Positions 38,223 through 48,113 of a stretch of 64,000 nucleotides of DNA are shown here, piece after piece. Position numbers and translations under genes: made by a program. The DNA lies in sequence record PQ850613.1. One strand, given 5' to 3'. The stretch is from Escherichia phage KarlSchell_Bas89. The first letter of the stretch is position 1. The number at the start of each line of letters is the position of its first letter. Under the pieces are notes generated by a model, which worked only from the letters and a program-made list of their open reading frames with translations, had not been told where the DNA came from and searched no databases.

Positions 38223-38706
38223 ATAATCTCCATCCGTGAGTTTGTTTATATTCTCCGCTATATAACCTGTAAAGGGCGGCAGAATCAACACCAGAAAGCC
38301 TTGAAAGCTGTCTTATACTATCACCTGAAACAATTTCCCCATTACTAGAGACGATCGACATACTCTTACCAAAAGAATATATCTGATTGTACTCAGAAGT
38401 GCACCACTCTAGATTCTCTACCAGATTATTATCTGGCTGTTCATCTATATGATTAACTTGAGGTAAGTTTTCAGGGTTAGGAAGGAAAGCTATAGCTACT
38501 AATCTGTGTACACTTCTAGTACATTTAACACCTTCAGAGTTTGTCATTCTCACGTAAAGATATTTACGACTATAATGTAGAGACTTGATAGCTGGCTCTG
38601 TGGGAGGTTTTCTCCCACGTCCAGTAATTCTCCAAGATCTTATACGTCCAAAGGATGAAACCTCATACCCCGGAAAATCTGTAATTGGTTTCCATTCTTC
38701 TGACAT
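38215..38706 (-). CDS. HNH homing endonuclease
   Basis: VHRLVAIAFLPNPENLPQVNHIDEQPDNNLVENLEW. Confidence 0.8.
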   Translation of the reverse strand: MSEEWKPITDFPGYEVSSFGRIRSWRITGRGRKPPTEPAIKSLHYSRKYLYVRMTNSEGVKCTRSVHRLVAIAFLPNPENLPQVNHIDEQPDNNLVENLEWCTSEYNQIYSFGKSMSIVSSNGEIVSGDSIRQLSRLSGVDSAALYRLYSGEYKQTHGWRLYV

Positions 38707-38743
38707 GCTCTATCCTCCTTGGATTCTCCTTGAGCAAACTACC

Positions 38744-38953
38744 TTACTTATAAAAACTTCGAATCATGTCCCAGATTTCTTCCTGCTGGACCCTAAAGAA
38801 AGCTAAACGTGTCGATGTACGTTCAATAAATTCTTCACTATGCTTTTCTCTATCTAGCATACTGACAAGCTTTTCATATTTATTGATCTTCCATCGCATT
38901 TTTAAATAGTCTGATTCTAGTGTCCTTAACCTCTGACACTCAATCAAATCCAT
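38744..38953 (-). CDS. hypothetical protein
   Basis: ORF only. Confidence 0.3.
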   Translation of the reverse strand: MDLIECQRLRTLESDYLKMRWKINKYEKLVSMLDREKHSEEFIERTSTRLAFFRVQQEEIWDMIRSFYK

Positions 38954-39372
38954 CAGTTATCCTCTGACAGATAAAGAGACCAGTCACCAGATTCAACCAG
39001 TTCATCTTGCTCTTCATCAATGTGATAAATCCAAGCAGTGACAGTTTCACCACTATCCAGAACCACTTCGATAGGTGTACGCTTATAGAAAGTGTGTGGG
39101 TTGTCATTACCACGATGCCCTTCCAGCATGTCATAAGCACCCTCAACACCGTCCATGTCAGTTTTAAACACTTCAACACGAACAGGTTTACCGTTACTGC
39201 TGTGTTCCAGAGAAACACTTGGGAAGTATGAACCACCGTAGCGGTACAGGTTGTAGTTTTCTTTAGTGAAACCTTCACCAATCGATTCAGCACCTGCACG
39301 AGCATTCACTCGGAAGTTAGCCTGACCAGTACGAAGAGAACCATAAGTTGCTACATAAATTACTTCTGACAT
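38953..39372 (-). CDS. gamma-glutamyl cyclotransferase-like (AIG2/GGCT family) protein
   Basis: N-terminal YVATYGSLRTG ... RYGGSYFPSV pattern. Confidence 0.45.
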   Translation of the reverse strand: MSEVIYVATYGSLRTGQANFRVNARAGAESIGEGFTKENYNLYRYGGSYFPSVSLEHSSNGKPVRVEVFKTDMDGVEGAYDMLEGHRGNDNPHTFYKRTPIEVVLDSGETVTAWIYHIDEEQDELVESGDWSLYLSEDN

Positions 39373-39443
39373 TTTAAATACCTTTGTTCATTGTTTAGTT
39401 AATCCGAACTAGCCTCCTCTTTCGAAGAAGCTAGAGCAGATTG

Positions 39444-39626
39444 CTATGCTGTGAAGTTTTTGATTACACCGCAAATAACATCTGTTTCAAACGTACCCAC
39501 CAGAACATCGTCTCGGTAGAAGTTAATCGCCTTACCATCTCGGTTAAAGTGATCTGCTTCAATGAGCATAGATTGTACCTGACCATCTGGAGTGGAGGTT
39601 CGAAAGATGACGTTATACTGACTCAT
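39444..39626 (-). CDS. hypothetical small protein
   Basis: ORF only. Confidence 0.25.
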   Translation of the reverse strand: MSQYNVIFRTSTPDGQVQSMLIEADHFNRDGKAINFYRDDVLVGTFETDVICGVIKNFTA

Positions 39627-39865
39627 AAAGAAGTTACTCCCTTATCTTCTTGGGCGATAGAGATGATACGACTCACACACTGCATTGAGTACTCATCACC
39701 ACGCTTTAGGAACGTTACGATAGCAGAGAATTGATTACCAATCATCCGCTCATTTGTAATACCGAACTCTTTGCAGAGTTCTTTCAGTTTGCTACGAGAA
39801 CCAATAATCAGAGGTTCTTTTTCTTCAGTCATTCCACGACTAATCAAATCTTCAATAGACAACAT
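39623..39865 (-). CDS. hypothetical small protein
   Basis: ORF only. Confidence 0.3.
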   Translation of the reverse strand: MLSIEDLISRGMTEEKEPLIIGSRSKLKELCKEFGITNERMIGNQFSAIVTFLKRGDEYSMQCVSRIISIAQEDKGVTSL

Positions 39866-39888
39866 AATTCCATTCCTTGGGGGTTTAA

Positions 39889-41106
39889 TTAAAAGTTTAC
39901 TGCTTCACCATCAACGGTAGTTACTGATGCAAGACGACGAACACGGCCAATCTGTTCACGACTGATTGGAGTATTCCAACCAGAGCGATAGAAGTTGCGA
40001 CCACAGAAGAACACAACAACATTAGAAGCAATCCGTCCGTAGTTACGATCAGGGTGATTGATGTTAGCAAGATAATAACCACGGGTCAAGTTTGCATTTT
40101 CGTTGATATGCCGAGCATTTGGTGCAGTTGTTTCAGCTTGCATCATTTCAGGAACATCTTCTACGATAGGCTCAACCGTAGGTTCATCACCAGCTAAAGC
40201 AAAGTTCTCATCAGCAGCCTCTTCTGCATCATCTTCCAGCTCCACAGTTTCCTGAATAACTGGCAGAGGGTATGCTACACGATACTCAGGGTTTTGACCA
40301 CGGAGAGATTCAACATACTGCAAGAAGTTGTGCTGGTAAGTTTCCAGAGTTGTACCAGTCAGGCCCGGAGCGGTATTAACTTCTAACACCCACGCTTCCT
40401 CACCTTTACTGATAAGATCAACAGCACCAAAGTTAAGACCGAGTGCTTGTACTGCTTTGTGCGCTTGAATTAGAACCTGATCAGGTGGTGAATCATTAAA
40501 AGAGTTGGAATAAACCCAACCAGTGTGGTGATTACGAACATCTTCACGATAGTCAGGGTTATCACGATACCCATTACGACGAATCTTCTTCTGGACGTAA
40601 GTAATAACACCTTCAAAAACATGCACACGCCATTCACGACGTGGACCAGTGATTGCTTTTGTATACAGAGGAGCCTCAGCAACACCCTCACGAGGAAGAC
40701 GAACAGTGATGCCTTCACCAGAGTGACCATTAAGTACACCACGTTCGTAAACAATACTGTTTTGGTTCCAGTTAAGTGCTTCATCTCGGTTAGTGGTATA
40801 CTCAACAGTCTTGACTTCCGCAAGACGCATGGCATTGAAAGCTGCAACCTTGTTAGCCGCACGATTCAATGCTGCTACGTTGTTCAGAACCGTTGCACCT
40901 TCGAAGAAGGATTCTTGATAACGACGGTTTCCATAGTTGATAATCACGTCACCAGAACGAGCACGGAATCGGCTGGTTCCATCAGACAGAAGAGTCATTG
41001 CGTTGGCATTGATTCGGTTGTCACGGAGATGTTGATTCAAGCTGGATACCAGAGCATTAACAGAATCAGAAGGGCCATAAGGGAGAACACGGATACGAGT
41101 AGTCAT
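39889..41106 (-). CDS. ATP-grasp family ligase
   Basis: GAVDLISKGEEAWVLEVNTAPGLTG matches the ATP-grasp E-x-N...PG signature. Confidence 0.6.
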   Translation of the reverse strand: MTTRIRVLPYGPSDSVNALVSSLNQHLRDNRINANAMTLLSDGTSRFRARSGDVIINYGNRRYQESFFEGATVLNNVAALNRAANKVAAFNAMRLAEVKTVEYTTNRDEALNWNQNSIVYERGVLNGHSGEGITVRLPREGVAEAPLYTKAITGPRREWRVHVFEGVITYVQKKIRRNGYRDNPDYREDVRNHHTGWVYSNSFNDSPPDQVLIQAHKAVQALGLNFGAVDLISKGEEAWVLEVNTAPGLTGTTLETYQHNFLQYVESLRGQNPEYRVAYPLPVIQETVELEDDAEEAADENFALAGDEPTVEPIVEDVPEMMQAETTAPNARHINENANLTRGYYLANINHPDRNYGRIASNVVVFFCGRNFYRSGWNTPISREQIGRVRRLASVTTVDGEAVNF

Positions 41107-41108
41107 TT

Positions 41109-41342
41109 TTAGATACCTTTAAGTTTAAGAATTTCGTTGCGAGTACGTTGGATACGTTCTTCAAGAGTGTGATAATCAAAGATGCACATCTCTTCTGCTT
41201 CATCAGAAGGTGCATCCATTAAACCCATAGCAATCGGATACACCTTTCGCTGTTCCGTTGTCATGCCCTGTAGCCGGAGTCGTTGATACTCCAGCAGGGT
41301 AATTTTCGGCTTGTTAGTTTCCTTGCTTGACATGAGGCTCAA
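41109..41342 (-). CDS. hypothetical small protein
   Basis: ORF only. Confidence 0.3.
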   Translation of the reverse strand: MSLMSSKETNKPKITLLEYQRLRLQGMTTEQRKVYPIAMGLMDAPSDEAEEMCIFDYHTLEERIQRTRNEILKLKGI

Positions 41343-41547
41343 CCTTGATACCTTTCAGTTTCACATAGTCAGCCAGCACGTTGTTAATAACTGTTGGGAA
41401 AGGAATCTCAACAGGTGCATTAACTAACCCACCAATACCCTCTTGCATCCACTTCTGGATTGCACGAAGGTTATCACATCCTGTGCTTGTCATTGGAATA
41501 CGGCGAGTGGTTACAACGTTATCCAACATCATCTTACGAATTTCCAA
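41314..41547 (-). CDS. hypothetical small protein
   Basis: ORF only. Confidence 0.3.
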   Translation of the reverse strand: MEIRKMMLDNVVTTRRIPMTSTGCDNLRAIQKWMQEGIGGLVNAPVEIPFPTVINNVLADYVKLKGIKVEPHVKQGN

Positions 41548-42043
41548 GGTACACCTCTACATTTTCATTTAGTTTAGCAAAAGATTTGTGATGAATAGGA
41601 GCTGCTTTATTGTAAGCATTTGCTGCATCTTCCTCGGTAGAAAACCTACCAAGATACAGAAGCTTACCATCAACTCGAATCCTCGCTTCCCATTTACCAG
41701 AATTGAAGTATATTCCTTTATACTTGGTATTTTTACCATTCATAACAGAACAGTTTCTACTATTTCCTGCTGCATCAGCTTCTCTAAGATTTTCGGGATG
41801 CTGATCATCTCGGATACCATTGATATGGTCTACATATTTAGGAAGGTATCCATTATACATAAAGAAAGCTACCCTATGTGCTAGGTATGTCTTTCTTTTG
41901 AATCCGATTTGAATATACCCGCTATCTTTGTTTAGGCTTCCAGCAAAATCTCCAACTTGTTTCATCGGGGTAGGTTGTTTCCAATAGAGACTCCCCTCTT
42001 TATGTTCCAACCTAGATGCAAGCTCTATTAGTGTTTCATCCAC
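41534..42043 (-). CDS. HNH homing endonuclease with AP2-like domain
   Basis: AHRVAFFMYNGYLPKYVDHINGIRDDQHPENLREA plus YLGRFSTEEDAANAYNKA. Confidence 0.75.
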   Translation of the reverse strand: MDETLIELASRLEHKEGSLYWKQPTPMKQVGDFAGSLNKDSGYIQIGFKRKTYLAHRVAFFMYNGYLPKYVDHINGIRDDQHPENLREADAAGNSRNCSVMNGKNTKYKGIYFNSGKWEARIRVDGKLLYLGRFSTEEDAANAYNKAAPIHHKSFAKLNENVEVYLGNS

Positions 42044-42053
42044 TCTACACCTC

Positions 42054-44072
42054 TTAATTATGACCTTTACAGTGCACTGAATCGCACACCACTTGATTGG
42101 TATTGTTTAGTGTGCAGAGTTCTGCATCACGCCACGGAATCTTTTTAAAACAGACTGCACAAAACCCAAGAGTAGACCAGAGGGCTTTTGTGAAGGTTGC
42201 TGATCGGTTTCCATCGAAGGACGCAACTGTTCTGGTAATTGAGACTTTTGACTCACGAAAGGTTTCCGCTGCTGGAGCGGGTTCCTCCTTTGGGGTAGTC
42301 ACTGCAATAGCATAAACACCACCCCAACGCTTCTCAATGTAAGCACCGAACACATCTTCCAGAGTGATTTCACTCTTACGTTTGGTTGAGGATTCCATGA
42401 CAATCATGTTGTCCAGAATCTTTTGATCAACACGAAGAGCTACTTCAGGACGTCGAGCACTTGTTGTATCAACATACTTGGTCCAAACATAACCCTCTTT
42501 CAGAGTGACTTGAGTTGCTTGCTTCTTTGCTTTATTAGCACAGATTTTACAAACATCGTCACTACGAAGTTTACTGAACTCTTCATCAAATTCAAAGTCA
42601 GACTTCACTTCGCCGCACACTGAACAAACGCCGATAGGAATCTCATCCTCTTCAACGTCTTCCACTTGCTTCTGGATAGAGTCAAAACAAGCTTTATGCC
42701 AATATGCTTGGTATGCGAAGATCGCACTTGGTGCTTCTTTCCAGTCGATGTGCTTATCACAGCCACCACAATCACCGTGGGAATGGGCTTCCCAGAACTT
42801 ACGAGTGATAGTCACCCCATTCTTGCTGACAAAACTATCCTCTGCGTCAAAAGGGATATCATCATCGAAATCAGCAGTAGTGCTTTCCGGCTCCTTTTTC
42901 GACAAATCAAAGAAGTGACCAGAGATTAACACCAGACGAATCATGCTATTAACTTCAGAGATACAGCCAACCGTACCACGGTAAACCATATGCTTGTTCT
43001 TAAGAGCAGCTTCATAATCAGTTTGCAGGATGTTATGAACATCACCCTCAATATACTCTTGAGCTTTGTCATCATAAATATAACCAACCATCTTACCGCG
43101 ATCGGTATCTTTATAACAAACAAACTCATGAGGAATAATATCAACCTGCATATCACGACGGATATCAACACCTTTGTCAGAGGCGATCTTGTTTTGTTTC
43201 AAGATTGCTTCACGACGACGTACATCACCTGCGGTTACGCCGGGCTTTCTTTGCTCGTCGCTGTTCCCGTTTAAGTAACTTTTTACTACGCTTGAGTGGT
43301 TGTTGCTGTAGCTGTTCGAGTAATAACTGCCCCAACGCGTTGCTACCGTAAAAACCGGGAGTTCATGTACGACCTCCTCTACCAAAGTCATCTTGTTGTC
43401 AGAAACATCAAAGATGTACTCTGTACCGACCTTACACTCAAAGTGCTCATCAATTCGGTTCTTGTGGCTCTTAGAACGCTGAAGAATCCACATCAACATC
43501 GCTTCTTCTGAAGCACCAAACCATGAAGTTCCCAGACGGGCCAGATGGAATGGACGCTCATCGTTGCGAATGATGTGAAGACGGTTATCACTTGCATCAT
43601 GCCAGATCAGAGTGAATGCACCATCCAACTTCTGAATAGTCTCTGCTGCACCAATCTTGTTAATAGAGTGGCAGATATTCTCACTATCAACTTCAAAAGC
43701 CTTACTGTCAGGCAGGAGGTCTTGATCAACTAGGGTTCCGTTATGAACCAGAGTGATGTTTCCGTGAGAGAATGGGTGAGCGTTACGTGAGTTAATAGCG
43801 CCTTTCGTAGCATGTCGGCTGTGACCAACAATCCATGAAGGAGGCACTGTGTAATTAGTAAGGCCAGTTGTCAGCTCGGTGTACTCTTTCTGTAACATGA
43901 AAGCATAGGAAGGCAGTGCTTCTTTATAAGAGAACACAGATCTTTCGCTTTTACGCTGACCGAAAATACCAGTTGAGTGTTGACCACGAAATACACCAGC
44001 GTAGAGAAGCTGGTTGTAAATATCTAAGTCATAACTTGAGAGGCTTCCACCTGCTAATACGATACCACAAAT
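42054..44072 (-). CDS. class II (Ntn) glutamine amidotransferase fused to a Cys-rich C-terminal domain; probable non-AUG (ATT) start
   Basis: Frame upstream of the track start reads stop-K-I-CGIVLAGGSLSSYDLDIYNQLLYAGVFRGQHSTGIF, the classic MCGIV N-terminus; GAFTLIWHDASDNRLHIIRND downstream. Confidence 0.7.
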   Translation of the reverse strand: MCGIVLAGGSLSSYDLDIYNQLLYAGVFRGQHSTGIFGQRKSERSVFSYKEALPSYAFMLQKEYTELTTGLTNYTVPPSWIVGHSRHATKGAINSRNAHPFSHGNITLVHNGTLVDQDLLPDSKAFEVDSENICHSINKIGAAETIQKLDGAFTLIWHDASDNRLHIIRNDERPFHLARLGTSWFGASEEAMLMWILQRSKSHKNRIDEHFECKVGTEYIFDVSDNKMTLVEEVVHELPVFTVATRWGSYYSNSYSNNHSSVVKSYLNGNSDEQRKPGVTAGDVRRREAILKQNKIASDKGVDIRRDMQVDIIPHEFVCYKDTDRGKMVGYIYDDKAQEYIEGDVHNILQTDYEAALKNKHMVYRGTVGCISEVNSMIRLVLISGHFFDLSKKEPESTTADFDDDIPFDAEDSFVSKNGVTITRKFWEAHSHGDCGGCDKHIDWKEAPSAIFAYQAYWHKACFDSIQKQVEDVEEDEIPIGVCSVCGEVKSDFEFDEEFSKLRSDDVCKICANKAKKQATQVTLKEGYVWTKYVDTTSARRPEVALRVDQKILDNMIVMESSTKRKSEITLEDVFGAYIEKRWGGVYAIAVTTPKEEPAPAAETFRESKVSITRTVASFDGNRSATFTKALWSTLGFCAVCFKKIPWRDAELCTLNNTNQVVCDSVHCKGHN

Positions 44073-44146
44073 TTTCTAATCCACCTGAAGGGTAAACCCT
44101 TTCATCTAATTAACCTTTAGTTGTGCCCCTTTCGAGGCACCCATTG

Positions 44147-45247
44147 TTACAGCAGTCGTTCTAACTGAATTTCCAAGTGATCTGGAATATACTCAGTGAC
44201 GTTGTTATCGGAGACGCCAGATTCACGCATCATGTTGAGCATGTTACGAATCTGCCCTTCTGTTGCTTCACGAGCTTCGCTGATCTCTGATTCATAGAGG
44301 GACATAATCTCGTCATGAACATCTGGAGCGTTACCTCGAACATATCCGAGGAAGCCGTAGAAGTCAGACATATCACGAAGAGATACAACTACGGACCCAC
44401 TATTATCAAGAGTTTGTAAACGAATACGCCCAACCTGACGTACAGAACGGTTACGACAGAACAGGATATCACGAGCCAGACGATAACCACTATCAAGATC
44501 TTCGTGTCTTGGTGAATAATCCAGAGGTAGGTGAGGTAGCATAGGTTCAAAACGAACCCTGTTAAGCATCTCAACAAACTCTTCATTGTCAAGCTCTGCA
44601 TTCTCAACTGCTAATTTCTTGAGAACCAAGAAGCGATTTACCAGATTTAACAGCTGACCTTTCTTCCACTTAGGCTCTGAGATACGGAACTCAACAGAAC
44701 CGAACTGAGCCAGAGGAAGTAGATTAAGTGATGTATACTTATCCCAACGATCAACAATATGTCGGAAGAAGTTCTCACCTTCGTAGTTAAACGCTTCAGA
44801 GGCATTCATTACTTGAGCCTGAACCACTGCAAACGCAGGACAGAAATTACTACGGTAACGGTGATAACCAGAGCACTTAAACATCAATGCTTCATAGAAA
44901 GTCCACCCAAGGATAACTTTCTTAACGATGTTGCTATCAGCATCTCGCATATCCATATGAACGTGAGTGGAACAGCGCCAAGTCCCTTCTGCTTCGGACT
45001 CCATCACTGCCTCACTCAGATTGTTGATAGCGTCAAACAGTTCTACACCATTGTAAGGGCGAGAACAGACCATTTCACATCCGTTGCGAAGCGAGCCGTC
45101 CTCTGTACATTCCCACATATCTGCTTCGATATGATCGTCACCTTCAAGCTCCAGCTCAATACCAATACCACATTGGAATGCGATACTCGGATGTTCTTCA
45201 CTCAGACGATTACTACGGTATCCAAAAGCTTGCGCTACAGTTGTCAT
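44147..45247 (-). CDS. amidoligase (glutamine-synthetase-like carboxylate-amine ligase)
   Basis: GIGIELELEG and CSTHVHMDM resemble amidoligase/GS-like metal-binding motifs. Confidence 0.55.
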   Translation of the reverse strand: MTTVAQAFGYRSNRLSEEHPSIAFQCGIGIELELEGDDHIEADMWECTEDGSLRNGCEMVCSRPYNGVELFDAINNLSEAVMESEAEGTWRCSTHVHMDMRDADSNIVKKVILGWTFYEALMFKCSGYHRYRSNFCPAFAVVQAQVMNASEAFNYEGENFFRHIVDRWDKYTSLNLLPLAQFGSVEFRISEPKWKKGQLLNLVNRFLVLKKLAVENAELDNEEFVEMLNRVRFEPMLPHLPLDYSPRHEDLDSGYRLARDILFCRNRSVRQVGRIRLQTLDNSGSVVVSLRDMSDFYGFLGYVRGNAPDVHDEIMSLYESEISEAREATEGQIRNMLNMMRESGVSDNNVTEYIPDHLEIQLERLL

Positions 45248-45858
45248 AACGACTCCACTAACTCCACAGTGTATTGGTTAAAATCACTTTCAATATGCTT
45301 GAACTTGTCAAGCAGTTGTACGGTCTGACGACCACGGCTGTCATATCCAGCCCTAAGAAGCACACGACCAACATGTGCACCTTTATAATAAATAAGACCA
45401 TCAGAAGGGTTGATGAAGATGAATCGAGTCAACAAACCTTCAAAGGATGGATTAAACAGGTTATAAACCATCTCACCGGAGATGTTACGACCCAGAGAAG
45501 TTACACCACGGAGTTTGTTACCCATTAGACCCTTAGCTCGCTGACGAACTGGATTGATATGGGTCCAACTTACCATGTTACGACCGTGTTGAAGATAACC
45601 AACATCAGGGGATTCCAGAATCAGGTTAGGGTTGAACACCCCAATCTGAACTGTTGTACGGTTAAACCCTGAGTCTGTTTTAATCCAACGCTCTGCTTCG
45701 AACATCAAAGCCATCTCTGCTTCATGAGAGAAGTCATCACGAGAGAACTCACCTTGTTGGAATACGTTCATAACAAACAGTGGGATATTTAGGTTCCCAC
45801 GTCTTTCAGCAATCCATGTCCCACAATAGTAATGAGAGAAGTCAGTTACTAAGCTCAC
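45244..45858 (-). CDS. hypothetical protein (cluster member)
   Basis: ORF with 4-nt overlap to neighbour, suggesting co-translation. Confidence 0.4.
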   Translation of the reverse strand: MSLVTDFSHYYCGTWIAERRGNLNIPLFVMNVFQQGEFSRDDFSHEAEMALMFEAERWIKTDSGFNRTTVQIGVFNPNLILESPDVGYLQHGRNMVSWTHINPVRQRAKGLMGNKLRGVTSLGRNISGEMVYNLFNPSFEGLLTRFIFINPSDGLIYYKGAHVGRVLLRAGYDSRGRQTVQLLDKFKHIESDFNQYTVELVESL

Positions 45859-45867
45859 GATAACCCC

Positions 45868-46677
45868 TTACGCTACCTGTAAACGTTTCAAGAACACACC
45901 TGCTTCACGAACATCATTGGTGTTGATGATCTGGTGCAGCTTTTCAATCGGAAGGCGAGAGTGGAGGCTCATCAAGAACTCCATGTCGCTGTTTTGTACA
46001 ACCTTGTCAACTTGATCATACACAAATTGACGATCTTCTTTCTTGCCAATCCAGAAGTTCGACAGAGATCGATACTCAATACCGTAAGGTTTGTAACGGA
46101 TTGCGGATGCTTTACCGTACAGCTCTTTACGACGAGTATCACCGTCCATCAGAACAGCAGGCAATGACAGGAAGTAATCACACAGAACGCCCAGCATCAT
46201 CTGAACCTTCTTATTCACATCCAGAGAGCCAGTGACACCAATGTGCACATGACCACCTGCTGTACGCAAGCCCTTGTTCTCTGAAGTTGGAGAAGCATTC
46301 TTTTGACCGGTGAATGCGTTGAAGTCTGGAGTACAACCAAACACGAAAGCGGACGGATGGAATGATTCCAATTCTTCTTTAGAGAAGATATGAGAGCTTA
46401 CACCCAGAGCCGCTTCCATGTCCTGTTTCTTCAGCACTTCATTGGTAAGATCAATACCGCGCTGAACGTTGTCATTAAACGCTTCAAAACCTTGTTGTGG
46501 GTTGATATCAAACTCAGCCAGCACGTTGTCTTCTTGGAGACGTACATCCTTAGCCAGATCGATTTTATTTTCTTTAGAACAACCCAGCTTGCCAGCAACA
46601 GAGGTGATGATGCCAGAAGAAGTACGAACAAACATCTCTGGGTCCGTCCCAATTAAAAATACACGTTTAGTAGTCAT
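45868..46677 (-). CDS. second glutamine-synthetase-like ligase (putative)
   Basis: LIGTDPEMF and GGHVHIGV resemble GS/GCS2-type motifs. Confidence 0.45.
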   Translation of the reverse strand: MTTKRVFLIGTDPEMFVRTSSGIITSVAGKLGCSKENKIDLAKDVRLQEDNVLAEFDINPQQGFEAFNDNVQRGIDLTNEVLKKQDMEAALGVSSHIFSKEELESFHPSAFVFGCTPDFNAFTGQKNASPTSENKGLRTAGGHVHIGVTGSLDVNKKVQMMLGVLCDYFLSLPAVLMDGDTRRKELYGKASAIRYKPYGIEYRSLSNFWIGKKEDRQFVYDQVDKVVQNSDMEFLMSLHSRLPIEKLHQIINTNDVREAGVFLKRLQVA

Positions 46678-47144
46678 GCTTTAGTCCAACCTTTATGAGA
46701 TAGATAGTTTTTAAACCTGCCACTGTGAACAGCTCCCATGTGGCCGGGATGTAAGTTGTTATTTCTACAGAAGTCTTTGAGGTTATATATTTTAACAACC
46801 CTTCCTTCTGGAGATTTAAACTTCCAAAATCTAGCATTCCCTTTCACAGCATTATCTTTGCTGGATAGAAGTTGGAAATTGGTGAGACGGTTATTAGTTT
46901 TATCACCATCTATGTGGTCAACTGTCATGCCCTCAGGTATCGGGCCTATAAACAACTCCCACAAGAGCCTGTGTACCAGAAAATTTCTTGTAATCTTTTC
47001 CGGAGCTTGAATGGCAACAAACCTTAAATAGCCATCTTTATCAGGGAATGTTTTCCTACATTTCCCTGTTTTTGCATTAATGATTCTACCGTTTTCAAAT
47101 ACCCGAAAAGTAGAAACACCAACTACTAACTCTCTGTAGTCCAT
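46674..47144 (-). CDS. HNH homing endonuclease
   Basis: VHRLLWELFIGPIPEGMTVDHIDGDKTNNRLTNFQLL. Confidence 0.8.
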   Translation of the reverse strand: MDYRELVVGVSTFRVFENGRIINAKTGKCRKTFPDKDGYLRFVAIQAPEKITRNFLVHRLLWELFIGPIPEGMTVDHIDGDKTNNRLTNFQLLSSKDNAVKGNARFWKFKSPEGRVVKIYNLKDFCRNNNLHPGHMGAVHSGRFKNYLSHKGWTKA

Positions 47145-47171
47145 AAGAAACTGCCAATTAAAAAGATGCGC

Positions 47172-48101
47172 TTAGTCATTATAGTATTCCACCAATTCTT
47201 TAAAGAGGGATATGATTGTTTCTTTGTTGCTCTCCATATTAGAGCCGCAACGACTTTCAATACGTTCTAAGAAACCATTTACATTGATGTTAGAAATCTT
47301 TTCATCAAGAGATGAACGTTTCCAACCAGTGCTCATAGACCAAACTCTCAAAAAGGTACTCATTGAAGAGTACATCTCTGCGTTTTGGTTTCGACGACGA
47401 GCAATACGACGAAGGGCTGCACGGTCATGGTTTCGGATATACCCTGATGTGTTATCACCTTCTCCGACTTTGTTTTGCAACCAAACGTCGGTTGAAAACT
47501 CATCTGTATCGCAAATGATCGGAAGAAATGCAAATGCTGGTAAATCATGCGGTAAATAGATAGATGTTGATTCGTCAGTGGAGTCATTAACTCTGTCAAA
47601 GTTAAGCTCCCCAAAGAAATCCTTACTTACCCCAGCAAGAGCTAGAGCTAATCCAACACGACGACGGAATAGCCATTCTTCTCTATCATCAACTCCCTCT
47701 GAAAGAAAATCCATAGATTCGTACTCGCAATCGAGATAACTACGGAAAGTCATTAGTCCTGTAAAAACTTTATCTGCTGCGTGTTCGCGAAGATCAACCT
47801 CTACGCTATTAGCAGAAGTGATCGTGAACATGTCTTTGTACATAGAACAAGAGTTCAGTACGTCAGCAGTATCCAACAAATGGGACTCAATCTCATCCAT
47901 GTTGCAGTGGGGCCAGTAGTTAATCTTACCCATGTGCGCTGTGAAGTTATCCAAGCTGGTTCGAGTACTTAGGCCGTTAACATCACGAGTGCTGAAGTTG
48001 TGCATAGAGTTGTGGATACCAAAACAAACTCGGCTCGTAAAACTCTGCTCACCCACCATGTCACTAACTTCTACAGGAGCTAATGTTGTGGAAATTGCCA
48101 T
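47172..48101 (-). CDS. hypothetical protein (cluster member)
   Basis: 309-aa ORF, no recognisable motif. Confidence 0.45.
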   Translation of the reverse strand: MAISTTLAPVEVSDMVGEQSFTSRVCFGIHNSMHNFSTRDVNGLSTRTSLDNFTAHMGKINYWPHCNMDEIESHLLDTADVLNSCSMYKDMFTITSANSVEVDLREHAADKVFTGLMTFRSYLDCEYESMDFLSEGVDDREEWLFRRRVGLALALAGVSKDFFGELNFDRVNDSTDESTSIYLPHDLPAFAFLPIICDTDEFSTDVWLQNKVGEGDNTSGYIRNHDRAALRRIARRRNQNAEMYSSMSTFLRVWSMSTGWKRSSLDEKISNINVNGFLERIESRCGSNMESNKETIISLFKELVEYYND

Positions 48102-48113
48102 TGTCTTTAACCT

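Noticed and set aside
42054-44072. Gat-QueC-type 7-deazaguanine DNA-modification enzyme
   Set aside because: The N-terminal amidotransferase domain is present but no PP-loop (SGGxDS) was seen in the remainder.
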